Position numbers and translations under genes: made by a program. Below the pieces are notes generated by a model. That model did no database searches. It had not been told where the DNA came from and saw nothing but the letters and a program-made list of their open reading frames with translations. Of a stretch of 64,000 bases of DNA, positions 10,760-20,184 are shown piece after piece; within the stretch, counting starts at the first letter, position 1; each line of letters opens with the position of its first letter. Origin of the DNA: a virus; the IMG/VR virus record IMGVR_UViG_3300035698_006643, positions 8,744 through 72,743 of that record; one strand, 5' to 3'.

Positions 10760-11244
10760 TAGCTCAGTGCCTTCATCTTGTATTCGGCGTCCGCTTCCCA
10801 ACCTTCCATAGCTTCAGCGAACCTAGTCATCACATCGCCAATCTGGGGGCTGGATATACTGGACGACACCATTGCCTCTTTGAACTTTTCAAGGAGCATT
10901 TCAAAGAGTAGCTGAAAGGCTCGGCCCTTTACGTCAATGACCTTCGACGCCATTTCGGAACGCCGCCGAAGCCACATTGACCCCAAAGTCTCCAGGGCCT
11001 TGATTCGTTTTGAGATGATGTCGATGCTCATTTCCCCATTCAGTTCAAGCTGTTCTTCCTCGTAACGAAGCTTTGCTTGTTCCATAGAGATTTCACGCAT
11101 CAACCAGTCCATGAAGTCGTCCGATACTGGACTGTTCATGGCTTCCCGGATGACAGGGTCCTTCAGAATCTTCCGTTTCTTTTGGTCAAGACGCTTTCTG
11201 GGGTCATCCGACCCTGGGAGCGGGATCACTTTACTATTCGACAT
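10759..11244 (-). CDS. Putative terminase small subunit
   Basis: 161-aa helical protein translationally coupled to terL; call is positional. Confidence 0.5.
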   Translation of the reverse strand: MSNSKVIPLPGSDDPRKRLDQKKRKILKDPVIREAMNSPVSDDFMDWLMREISMEQAKLRYEEEQLELNGEMSIDIISKRIKALETLGSMWLRRRSEMASKVIDVKGRAFQLLFEMLLEKFKEAMVSSSISSPQIGDVMTRFAEAMEGWEADAEYKMKALS

Positions 11245-11253
11245 ACCGACCTC

Positions 11254-13083
11254 CTACAGGACGAATTCGTCTCCAAGAATCATACTAGCGTCTTGAAGGT
11301 CTTCGAGTGGGGCTTCGGTTCCCTGGGAATCGGTGGGGATATCAATAGCTGCGGGGCGAAGGTCAAAATCATCCTTGTAAGCCGGGGCCTCTGAGGAAGC
11401 CACCCGCCGATTCAGAACCATCTTCTGGGCCTGGACCTTACCACCGAAGGCTTCATAGTCTACCGACGACACCAACTTCGTTCGGAACAAACGACAGGTA
11501 CTGGCCAAACAATTCGAGCAAGTACCACAAGCGGTCTTACGGATACCCACTGGGGTAGATGCTGTCTTGACTCTACGGTCACGGTGGTACTGAACCGCCC
11601 CTTCTTTACAGTTCGGATATGCGTCCAGGTCAATGTAGTAGTACCCAGCGAGCCCCTGTTCTGCCAGGACAGGTCGTAATGCTTCTTTGGAAGCTGCGAC
11701 CCGACTTCTCCCAAACTTCTTCAAGACGGCCCGCTTCAGGAGTTCCCCGTACAGACCTTCATTCATCAACTTCTTCGTGAAGGCCACGACTGGACCATGC
11801 CCCTGCTTCCGCACTTCAATCTTGTCAGCTTCCCCAGGAAGAATGAGGTCGGCGGCTGGACGATGTGATGCTTGTACCCCTTCAATAGTTGTGCGGCCCA
11901 ACTGTGGGGCATTCTTCATAGCGATGCCAGCCAACTTCTTGACCCCGTGTTTTCTGAGACCAGCTTCGATTGCTTCTGGGGAGAACCCACGAGATTGCAG
12001 GTAGGAAGTGGCAATCAGACGAAGGGGAAGGCCCTGTGGGGACGCTGCCTTTCCGACAGGACGAATGACTGGGGCGGGGGGCTTCACGTCCTGAAGGCTG
12101 GCTAGAGCGTCCTCAAACGATACATCTGAGCCAAAGTACCGTTGTACTGGTTTGCCATCAAGCTTCGGGTCAACAGATGCGGCTCGCTGTTGGGACACAA
12201 AGTACGACTTCAAAGTTTCCTTGATGTCGCTCCCCGTCTTCAACCCAAATCGCTGGAGGAGTTCTTCGGTATAGGGGACTTCCAGAACCACTTGCTTGTA
12301 AAACTGAGCCAGAGCATCATTCGTTGCCCACTGTCTTTTTCCAGAGATTACAAACGGGGCTTTCAGAATCTGGACTTCAGCCGGCACTTTCGACCCATGG
12401 CCAAAATCTTCAGCGAAGATGTAGACAGGCCCCAGCACTCCCTGTTCGGATTCCAGCCCAGCTAGACGCTTGTGGGAAATCCGAATGACCTTCTCTTCAA
12501 GACTTCCTAAACGAAGGTCTCTGATTGCTTGTGTCGCTGCACCAGCGGCGTACTGGAACGAAGCCCCCTTGTACATCAGGCGGCGAGTGCATTGGGTAGC
12601 GTGTTTAACAGCATTCTTCAGGGTCTCGGCCATCGCTTCATATTCTGGAACAGAGCTTGTACGTTCTGCGGCCTGCCTGTTCGGAAGTAGGTGTACCCCT
12701 GGCTCTGAATCAGAATGGTCCCACATTTCAGCCAGGTCGGGACTGATGTCCAGATTCTGTCTGGGGAGGGCTTCCATTTCACGGTCGGAAGGTGCGTTCA
12801 ACCAGGACAGGTCCTGTAGCGGGGACTGTTGGAAGAAACCATCCATTGACCCCAATGGCGTGGCATTGCTGGCGTTATCCGCTGCATCCAGGATATTGAT
12901 GCCCAGGTTCTCTACCAGGTTCCAGATCACGTCCGAAGCCAGGACAGCGGGCTGACCACTTTCCCGAAGGAAAGCAAGGACGTGTGACCGGCTGAGTCCA
13001 GACCCCATCTTCAGGTCGTACATCGCCACTAACCCATTGACTGCATCCAGAACCCGGTCTACGACTATTGCGTTCTTCTTCAT
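11254..13083 (-). CDS. Hypothetical protein with internal repeat and Cys cluster (putative virion)
   Basis: 609 aa; ESEQGVLGPVYI / LAEQGLAGYYYI repeat; CGTCSNC...C; KTAS and RVAS motifs. Confidence 0.65.
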   Translation of the reverse strand: MKKNAIVVDRVLDAVNGLVAMYDLKMGSGLSRSHVLAFLRESGQPAVLASDVIWNLVENLGINILDAADNASNATPLGSMDGFFQQSPLQDLSWLNAPSDREMEALPRQNLDISPDLAEMWDHSDSEPGVHLLPNRQAAERTSSVPEYEAMAETLKNAVKHATQCTRRLMYKGASFQYAAGAATQAIRDLRLGSLEEKVIRISHKRLAGLESEQGVLGPVYIFAEDFGHGSKVPAEVQILKAPFVISGKRQWATNDALAQFYKQVVLEVPYTEELLQRFGLKTGSDIKETLKSYFVSQQRAASVDPKLDGKPVQRYFGSDVSFEDALASLQDVKPPAPVIRPVGKAASPQGLPLRLIATSYLQSRGFSPEAIEAGLRKHGVKKLAGIAMKNAPQLGRTTIEGVQASHRPAADLILPGEADKIEVRKQGHGPVVAFTKKLMNEGLYGELLKRAVLKKFGRSRVAASKEALRPVLAEQGLAGYYYIDLDAYPNCKEGAVQYHRDRRVKTASTPVGIRKTACGTCSNCLASTCRLFRTKLVSSVDYEAFGGKVQAQKMVLNRRVASSEAPAYKDDFDLRPAAIDIPTDSQGTEAPLEDLQDASMILGDEFVL

Positions 13084-13115
13084 GACACCCCTCTTATCAA
13101 TCCTACCAGAGAAAC

Positions 13116-14120
13116 TTACTGACTGGTAGTTTCTCGAAACTTCCTGGAAGCGATTCTGCTGGCGACCGTGTCCCCACTAGGGGGTACCAGCCGAAGTCTA
13201 AGTTTTCCCTTCACATACCCTACTTTCCACCCAGACCGTCTGAAAGCATCAAACACCCTGACAAACACAGATTCCATTCGGTCGGCATTCGACCGAGGAA
13301 GTGCCTTCACAGCCTTCCTGACCGAATCAACCATGCGGTCAGTCACGGGGGTGTCCCCATCAAAGTGAAGAACCTTCACCTGGAAGATTCCTTCACGGGG
13401 AGTCTCCCCCAAAGACAGGTCAAAGTATGAAGTTCCTTTACCAGACTTGTACTTCCACCAGCTAGACCCGACGACCCGATGACTCGAAGCTTTCGTCGGT
13501 TCTGGAGGAAGGTCAGGCATTTCTGGTGGTCGGTCCTTATCTGCGTTAGCTATGGCTTCCCCGTCAGTATCGGATTCTGACTTGGCTTCGGCTTCGACAT
13601 CGTCAGCAACGTCGGAATCTTCAACTACGTCGCTTACGGACTCTGGGCTGTCCATCACCTTTTCTGCTTCTTCAATCAATGACCGGTACTTGCGTTGTTC
13701 ACGGTCAGGAAGAACCTTCACTTCCTCTTCCCAATGCGGCGCCCTGATTTCGTCAAAGATAGTGTCAGTCACGTCCGACAAATTCTCCAAAGATTCAGAC
13801 ACACGTTTCCGCATTTCCTTGATAGACTGGATGTACCCACGCCCACCCATAAGCCCGTCGGGTGAGATAGTTGCAGACTTCAGCTTTGAGAACAACCGGT
13901 AGGCTGTATGAAGATGCCCCATCGACATTGACATTGACCATAGTGCCCCAGCCAACGGTTGTATGGCTTTGGGGTTAACCTCAAAGTTCCCCTCGAAGTT
14001 CCGCTTCAGTTGCCCTGCTTGTTCCCATTCCTTGACGAATTTGACTTCACCAGCCGTCCGGGATGTTCCACCCATCTGTTTTTGCTGGTATCGTGCAGCA
14101 ATCCGTTCGTGCAACTTCAT
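13116..14120 (-). CDS. Hypothetical protein (putative virion)
   Basis: 334 aa; RIAARY, RTAG and VASRIASR motifs. Confidence 0.65.
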   Translation of the reverse strand: MKLHERIAARYQQKQMGGTSRTAGEVKFVKEWEQAGQLKRNFEGNFEVNPKAIQPLAGALWSMSMSMGHLHTAYRLFSKLKSATISPDGLMGGRGYIQSIKEMRKRVSESLENLSDVTDTIFDEIRAPHWEEEVKVLPDREQRKYRSLIEEAEKVMDSPESVSDVVEDSDVADDVEAEAKSESDTDGEAIANADKDRPPEMPDLPPEPTKASSHRVVGSSWWKYKSGKGTSYFDLSLGETPREGIFQVKVLHFDGDTPVTDRMVDSVRKAVKALPRSNADRMESVFVRVFDAFRRSGWKVGYVKGKLRLRLVPPSGDTVASRIASRKFRETTSQ

Positions 14121-14130
14121 CCTTCAACCT

Positions 14131-14505
14131 CTACACGTAGTTATAGACCGTAGTGCGGAACCCCAGCCTCTGTAAAAACTTCTCAACTGTTTCCTGGGCA
14201 TACGTCGCTGTGTCGTCTGGGAAGAAAGCATAAACTGTACACCCAGTAGACACCACAATTTTGCCACCTTCCGATGTGAAACTAGGTTCTGGGGAGACCA
14301 CCACCCGGTCTACAGGAACCATTGACTTGATTTCCTTACACACCTTTTCGACGGCACCTTGCAGAAAACGGCTAGTGCCAACCATGTCTTTCAGACCAGC
14401 TTCAACAAACGAAGAATCCAACCCGACTTCAACCATAGCGTTCGACACCGTAATACTAGCCCGGTTTGAACTCGCTATCCTTCGGTTGTAGTTGTATCGT
14501 TTCAT
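14131..14505 (-). CDS. Hypothetical protein
   Basis: 124 aa in operon; RRIASS motif. Confidence 0.6.
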   Translation of the reverse strand: MKRYNYNRRIASSNRASITVSNAMVEVGLDSSFVEAGLKDMVGTSRFLQGAVEKVCKEIKSMVPVDRVVVSPEPSFTSEGGKIVVSTGCTVYAFFPDDTATYAQETVEKFLQRLGFRTTVYNYV

Positions 14506-15084
14506 CTACCCGTCTACCGGGCCTTCGCCTTCAAACAGACGTTCGATGACGTACCCAGCCTCTGTAGATTTCAGACTCCAGAGGTCAGTTTCAGACTTCC
14601 GAATCAGATGGCTGTCCCCACGACGACTGAATCCAGCCGCTAAGAATTCATCAATCGTTGAAGCAACATACCGCCGTCTGGAAGCTGTCTTTGGATCCAT
14701 CTTGAACAGCTTCCCAAAGTTCTTCTGGCCCCAGGAGTTGAACGCCCCTTCCATAGAAGGGGAGAGGTAAAGCGTCTTCTTGACCCGTTCCCACCCGGCT
14801 TCGTTTTTGAACTCGAATACTGCAACCCCGAAGTCAAAGAGAATCTCACTGTCAGTCACAATCAGTTCACAAGGAAGGCCCTGGAGTTTCTTGTTCCCTT
14901 TCAAAAACTCTGAGGGGACTTTCACCCGTGACGAAGCGGTACGTTTGTCATCGAAGAAGGGGTCCACAGAAGACAATGTGGCTAGTGTCTCTACATCCAT
15001 ATAGGATTCTTCAGCCTCTTCAACGAAAGTTGCGTCAAAGCCTGGGCTTTCAAATTCAATACCTGCCGGGTCCCAATCTTGCAT
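14506..15084 (-). CDS. Hypothetical protein (putative virion)
   Basis: Start MQDW with SD GGAGG; KRTASS and KTAS motifs. Confidence 0.6.
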   Translation of the reverse strand: MQDWDPAGIEFESPGFDATFVEEAEESYMDVETLATLSSVDPFFDDKRTASSRVKVPSEFLKGNKKLQGLPCELIVTDSEILFDFGVAVFEFKNEAGWERVKKTLYLSPSMEGAFNSWGQKNFGKLFKMDPKTASRRRYVASTIDEFLAAGFSRRGDSHLIRKSETDLWSLKSTEAGYVIERLFEGEGPVDG

Positions 15085-15099
15085 CCTGTGTCCCTCCAA

Positions 15100-15978
15100 C
15101 TAAGAAACAACCAGCGTCACTACCACTGTCTGTGGGCTATTAGACGCAGTTTCGTCAATGATTCTAATCGTACCTGTGTAAGTTCCAGCGACAAGACCTG
15201 TCAAGTCTACAGCCACTGTGAGGTTTTCTGTTGCTGCCGATGCCAGGGGGCCACCACTAGATGGAACCACTGATAGCCAGGTAGCGGCTACTTCGATGAC
15301 CCCAGCGGTGAAGTTCAAGAGAGAATCCACCGGCCCTGTATTTTCCACAACCAATGTCTGGTCGGCTGGGTCTGCCCCCCCAACGGTACCTGTGAACGAC
15401 ATCGTTGCCCGGTCAGTGTCAATTTCAGCCTGGGGTAGAATGGTCACTGTAGCTACGACAGTCTGAGGGGTGTTTGTAGCGGCGGCGTCCGTAAACGAAA
15501 TCGTCGCCACGCTATCTCCGACAGGAAGCTCTGAGGTTGACACATAGACTGAGACTTCTGTTTCAGCGTTCTTCTTCTCACCACCATCGGAAGTTGGAAG
15601 TGTCTGAGCCCAATCCACGTCGGAAGTAGCGTCCCACGACAGGAGGCTCCCGAAAGCTCCTACATTCCCAACAGTAACTATCTGGGCGTCTGGCGACGGG
15701 CCTTCATATACCGCCTGGAATGTTAGCGTCGCCAAGTCCAAATCAAAAGTAGGGTCGTAGTGTGTCTTCAGTTCTGTGATAGCTGTTTGAATGTCAGTGG
15801 CCACCTGGTCGGGGTAGGAAGCGACCCGTTCGCCAAACGGGTCGGTCACATCAACGACAGAATAGGTTGGCACTGTTGGGGACCAGTCAACCCTCACGAT
15901 GAAGGTGTACTCCCCGGCAGTAGTTTCGCTTTCAAAAGTGAATTCCTGACGTGACAGTAGTTCTGAAGCTGTAGCCAT
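15100..15978 (-). CDS. Ig-like BACON-type domain protein (two repeats)
   Basis: Thr/Val-rich beta repeats, e.g. WLSV.P.SG and GTYTGTIRI...NSPQTVVVTLVV. Confidence 0.75.
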   Translation of the reverse strand: MATASELLSRQEFTFESETTAGEYTFIVRVDWSPTVPTYSVVDVTDPFGERVASYPDQVATDIQTAITELKTHYDPTFDLDLATLTFQAVYEGPSPDAQIVTVGNVGAFGSLLSWDATSDVDWAQTLPTSDGGEKKNAETEVSVYVSTSELPVGDSVATISFTDAAATNTPQTVVATVTILPQAEIDTDRATMSFTGTVGGADPADQTLVVENTGPVDSLLNFTAGVIEVAATWLSVVPSSGGPLASAATENLTVAVDLTGLVAGTYTGTIRIIDETASNSPQTVVVTLVVS

Positions 15979-16271
15979 TATTCAATTACCTGGGCTGGGA
16001 CGCCGGTATCAGTGGCGAATTTGAACAATGCAATCAGAGACCCACGGTCAGAACCTGTGAAGTGAATGCGGTCTTTCTTCAGAAGATAAACCACACTCCC
16101 AGTCCTAATCGAGTCCCCAATCCCTTCCTGATTCTGCAAAGATGCTATGAAAGCTTCCTTGTCCTGAACCTGGACAGCGACATAGAGTCCTGGGGGTTCA
16201 GCCAGTTCTTCAAGGAACTTACAGGCTACCCGTTTGGACATTGCGATTCGTCGAACGATATTCTGGTTCAT
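15978..16271 (-). CDS. Hypothetical protein
   Basis: Start MNQNIVRRIAMSKRVA with SD GGAGG; late motif at 16296. Confidence 0.6.
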   Translation of the reverse strand: MNQNIVRRIAMSKRVACKFLEELAEPPGLYVAVQVQDKEAFIASLQNQEGIGDSIRTGSVVYLLKKDRIHFTGSDRGSLIALFKFATDTGVPAQVIE

Positions 16272-16318
16272 CGTGAACCTCCGACACACTACGACTTATA
16301 AAGGAATTACAACCTGAG

Positions 16319-16891
16319 CTAGCTGAAGGGGTGCTGAGGCTTGATTTCGTGAAGAATGTTACAGTTGTCCTGAATGGACCGAAACGCCCGAGCATAGTCT
16401 TCATACTTGTCGTCAGCCTCCTCAACCAGGAACTCCACAGATTTCAAAAACCGGTGACGAACCATCCCTTGAGTAAGATTCAACCGATTAGCGACCTCTG
16501 ACTGACAGGTCGTCTGATACATTTCGACCAGGATGTCAATGTCGTCATCCCGCATACCAGCTTCAGCGAGGTCTGCCCTCATTTCATCTAGTTCAAAGCT
16601 AGGAAAGGTCAACAGGAACCGTAGACGGGTCATCCCACGACGAATACGGTAGTGGACCGCTGGCTGCTTTATCTTGAATATACGAGCAATATCCGTCTGA
16701 GTCTTGCCCTTGAAATAGGCCATCCTGATGCAATCCGCTTCAATCTTCGGGATACGGGATAGCAAGAAGTCTACCCGTTCAAGGTCAACTAAACGCTCCT
16801 TGGACATCTCTGAGAATGACGGGAGGGCGTCGTCAGTGGTGAAGATTCGTTCCATCACAGAAGGGTCGGTAGTGACTACAAATCCTGACAT
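16319..16891 (-). CDS. Tandem sigma-region-4-like HTH protein
   Basis: Two HTH units (KTQTDIARIFKIKQPAVHYRI; CQSEVANRLNLTQGMVRHRF); no region 2. Confidence 0.75.
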   Translation of the reverse strand: MSGFVVTTDPSVMERIFTTDDALPSFSEMSKERLVDLERVDFLLSRIPKIEADCIRMAYFKGKTQTDIARIFKIKQPAVHYRIRRGMTRLRFLLTFPSFELDEMRADLAEAGMRDDDIDILVEMYQTTCQSEVANRLNLTQGMVRHRFLKSVEFLVEEADDKYEDYARAFRSIQDNCNILHEIKPQHPFS

Positions 16892-16911
16892 GGTTAACCT
16901 CCGTCAAGAAA

Positions 16912-16941
16912 ACTATACAAGAACCCAGGGACTAGAGTCAA
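16912..16941 (-). promoter_or_regulatory. sigma70-type promoter
   Basis: TTGACT-18 nt-TATAGT. Confidence 0.6.
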
Positions 16942-17726
16942 ACTGGCTCTACAAACAGCTTCGGAAGGATGATTTCGGATGTCATCGTATCCAGGTGAAC
17001 AATCACGCTCACGGTATCTCGAGTAAACCCAGTCACTTCCCCTTCCAGATTTCGATGGATTCCACCGAGTATGCGTACCGATTGCCCCAGTTTAAACTGA
17101 GAAAATAGCTGCTGTAGGTTCCTCCTGAACTGGTCAATCTTTGCCTGAGATAAGTAGTGAATCTGAGTCCCACCTTTTTTCGGGTGGTCACACATTAGTT
17201 CCAGGACAAATGGGCTGGCTTCCAGGTCTTTCGGATGAAACGAACGCTTCCCCATCCAGAACCTACCCTTGATCGGCCCCGAAGACCTGTTCGCTTCTTT
17301 CATCCGTCCAAGAGCCGTGTACACTACTTGCTGCTTCTGCGTATGGGTTTCTCTGGTGAGACAGTCTGGATTGATTTCCAGAATCATGTCCACTAGGTTC
17401 CGGGTAGTGAATACAACCCCAGGATTTCGCTTGAAAATCGTCAGGAGGGCTTGCTTGATTTGGCTCCGAGGGTTCTTTACGAAAGTTGCTACAGTCCAGG
17501 GTGGGGCGGGGCTAACCTTCGGGATGATATACGAACGGACATCAACAAAGACATACCCTTCCATCATCCAGGAGATAAGCGTCTGATTATCGTAGGTTGC
17601 ACTCACGGCAGGAACAAAGACATTGTCAGCACCAAATGACTTCAAACTATCAGAGATTTCACGAAGACTAGAAACCCGTTCACCGGCTGGCGACAATTCA
17701 AGAATCACCCAAGTTCGGTCTGACAT
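16938..17726 (-). CDS. nusG: NusG-family factor with inserted winged-helix domain
   Basis: NGN domain (TWVILE...VFVP...MEGYVFV); C-terminal KOW (FKLGQSVRILGG...LEGEV); start MSDRTW at 17726. Confidence 0.75.
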   Translation of the reverse strand: MSDRTWVILELSPAGERVSSLREISDSLKSFGADNVFVPAVSATYDNQTLISWMMEGYVFVDVRSYIIPKVSPAPPWTVATFVKNPRSQIKQALLTIFKRNPGVVFTTRNLVDMILEINPDCLTRETHTQKQQVVYTALGRMKEANRSSGPIKGRFWMGKRSFHPKDLEASPFVLELMCDHPKKGGTQIHYLSQAKIDQFRRNLQQLFSQFKLGQSVRILGGIHRNLEGEVTGFTRDTVSVIVHLDTMTSEIILPKLFVEPV

Positions 17727-19050
17727 GCACCTTTTCCTCAAGGATACGGTCAAATACTGAAGTAAACTCCCCGGTAGACAGTAGTTTTTTATCACAACTA
17801 CGTGGCGGGTCAATAGGGATTATACCGTCAGGTATTCTCCTTTCAACCTTTCTAGGAGTTAATGGCTTGCGATTGACAGCCTTAGCTTCCAATGCCGCCA
17901 TTCGATCGGACCGTGTCACCTGTAAGGATTCTGAAGGGGTTTCCTCTGAGGAAGCCGATTCTGTCTTCGGTGTCTGAAGAGACGAAGCCTGGGCTACTGG
18001 ATTTCCGTGATGAAGGACATGCCCTAGATACAGGAGATGCCCTTCAACAACTTCTTTAGGGAACCGACCGTATCTATTGGCCACATACGCTGCAATCGTC
18101 AACAACCGGGGACCAAGGACTGTGAAGGCATGTTGCGCCGCATCCTTGTCGTGGGATGAAACATCTTCACCAAAATCAAACCCTAGCCTGTAGCTCATAA
18201 TCGCCGCCTGGCCCAGCCGCTTCATTACGTCGTCTGGAGTCGTCTTTTCCAGCATCTTGCGAAGCAACCCTACAACTTCAACGACTGAATCGTCAGACAA
18301 GCAAACCAGGAGTTCGTAAGCAAGGCTGGATACATCTAGGTGGAGGTACTCCCTGACTAAGGCTACGGTGATGTCCCCAATCCTGGACACCATTTCAGCT
18401 TTCTTGAAGCAGTCCCGGACATGAGACCCAGATTCCTGAACAATCAGCCGCAAAGCTTCCTCTTCAACGGAGATACCTTCAGCCTCACATATCCGCTGAA
18501 GCCGCTTAATGATGTCGTTCTCAAGAACTATCTGTACTGGGAAATCATCGCAACGGGACCGGATGGTTGGCTGTATCTTGGAAGGTTCAGTCGTACAGAA
18601 GATGCAGACCAGCCGCCGTTCTTCAATAGGCTTTAGGAGTGCATCCTGGCTTTCCTTCGACATCCGATGGGATTCGTCAAATACCACCAGCTTCGGTCGG
18701 TCTGATACATAGTCTAGGGTCGAAATAATCGCCCGCACGTCTTCCAGCGTCCCCCTACTGGCAGCGTCCCGTTCTTCGTAGTACGGAGACTTCCCCTCAA
18801 GAAACGACAGACAGTAGCTACACTGATTACACGGGCTCCCATCAGGCTGGATGTCCTTACAGATTGTAGCCCTGGACAGAATTCGAGCAAGGGTGGTCTT
18901 ACCAGACCCTCTAGGCCCAGAGAAGATGTAGGACTGGTTCATTGCTGAACCGTCCTTCAGTCGGGTCTGAAGGACACGCTTTGTCACATCCTGTCCCAGA
19001 ACATCCTCAAAGACAACCGGTCGGTATTTCAGGTCCCAGGACTCATTCAT
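17698..19050 (-). CDS. dnaX: DNA polymerase III gamma/tau clamp-loader subunit
   Basis: LKYRP..FEDVLGQ; GPRGSGKT; Cys4 cluster; DESH; SRC motif. Confidence 0.93.
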   Translation of the reverse strand: MNESWDLKYRPVVFEDVLGQDVTKRVLQTRLKDGSAMNQSYIFSGPRGSGKTTLARILSRATICKDIQPDGSPCNQCSYCLSFLEGKSPYYEERDAASRGTLEDVRAIISTLDYVSDRPKLVVFDESHRMSKESQDALLKPIEERRLVCIFCTTEPSKIQPTIRSRCDDFPVQIVLENDIIKRLQRICEAEGISVEEEALRLIVQESGSHVRDCFKKAEMVSRIGDITVALVREYLHLDVSSLAYELLVCLSDDSVVEVVGLLRKMLEKTTPDDVMKRLGQAAIMSYRLGFDFGEDVSSHDKDAAQHAFTVLGPRLLTIAAYVANRYGRFPKEVVEGHLLYLGHVLHHGNPVAQASSLQTPKTESASSEETPSESLQVTRSDRMAALEAKAVNRKPLTPRKVERRIPDGIIPIDPPRSCDKKLLSTGEFTSVFDRILEEKVHVRPNLGDS

Positions 19051-19555
19051 GCGTTTCAATCCAGTGGCGAGCATCCAAAAGGTACTTATTGAACTGGTCC
19101 GGTTGCAGCCGGATGTCTAGGTACTTCCCATACAAGTCGAAGACCAGTTCCTCAAGCGACGTCAGAAGATAGAACCGTTCCATCACCTTTTCAAAGAGAG
19201 TCTCACTCAGCAGGTCTGGGAGTTTAATCCCACCCATTTCAAATTTTGGGCCGTTGAAGTCGAGGTCCCAGGTCTTGCCATCATACATGACAGACATCTT
19301 GGCCTGTTCAAGCATCTTGCCTGAACGGAGGGCTTCAAACATCTCAGTACTGTCGAAGGGTGACCCACCACGAAAGGACACCTGAACCTCCGTGTCAAGC
19401 ATAGACCGGAGACGCATCGTATCGTCGAACCAGACTTCCATTTTCTTGGTCTTCCCTTCCACAACACCATCGTTGGTCACCGACTGGTAAAGTAGCCAGG
19501 TGAGGAATTCAATCCCAAGACCCCGTGTGCGGTCAATTTTTGCTGCGAGTTCCAT
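19043..19555 (-). CDS. RdgC-associated protein (second gene of the pair)
   Basis: LGIEFLTWL and EALRSGK motifs; adjacent to the RdgC-like gene. Confidence 0.6.
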   Translation of the reverse strand: MELAAKIDRTRGLGIEFLTWLLYQSVTNDGVVEGKTKKMEVWFDDTMRLRSMLDTEVQVSFRGGSPFDSTEMFEALRSGKMLEQAKMSVMYDGKTWDLDFNGPKFEMGGIKLPDLLSETLFEKVMERFYLLTSLEELVFDLYGKYLDIRLQPDQFNKYLLDARHWIETHE

Positions 19556-19565
19556 TGGTATCCCC

Positions 19566-20174
19566 CTATTCGGCCATTAGCGGTTCTGTAGACAGGTCCG
19601 TCAAATTCTCTGCATCAGTCGGGTTCATGAAGAGCCGTGCCACCGTAAAGGGGGAATCCGGCACCAGGATCGAACTGAAGGTTTCGTTGAAGAGGTCTTC
19701 AAAGACCTGGACAACCGCCGTAGACTTCCCAAAGAACCATACCCGTTTGTTCTTCAGGTCTACAGTGACTTCGTAGAGCTTGATTGTCGGGAAGACTTTC
19801 AGCCGCATTTCAGCGACAATGTCTTCCTTGAGTTCTTCTTGTTCCTTGCGTGGCATCTTGTCACGCCCGTCTTCCAGAAGACGACTCCGGACACGTTCAT
19901 TCAGTCGGAACTTCACTTGTGCCGATGGGACGTTGATTTTGTCTTCACGCAACGCAAAGGACAACAGATGCTCCCCGAAGTAGACCGTCGTAGGTTTCAG
20001 GTCTGTGTTGTCGTGTTCTGTTGCCTGGACCCATCCGTATGACACTATCCGGTCTGAATCCTTCGGAATAGGGTGGAAGACCCGCCGCTGCAATTCAGGA
20101 ATAAATAGGTCAGGATTGAAATCCCCATACAGGATGTAGCTGGTTGGGGCCATCGCCCCAGTAAACGCACCCAT
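19566..20174 (-). CDS. RdgC-like recombination-associated protein
   Basis: SYGWV, FALRED...VPS and MPRKEQEELKEDI motifs; start MGAFTG with SD GAGGAGG. Confidence 0.7.
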   Translation of the reverse strand: MGAFTGAMAPTSYILYGDFNPDLFIPELQRRVFHPIPKDSDRIVSYGWVQATEHDNTDLKPTTVYFGEHLLSFALREDKINVPSAQVKFRLNERVRSRLLEDGRDKMPRKEQEELKEDIVAEMRLKVFPTIKLYEVTVDLKNKRVWFFGKSTAVVQVFEDLFNETFSSILVPDSPFTVARLFMNPTDAENLTDLSTEPLMAE

Positions 20175-20184
20175 TAAAGCCTCC

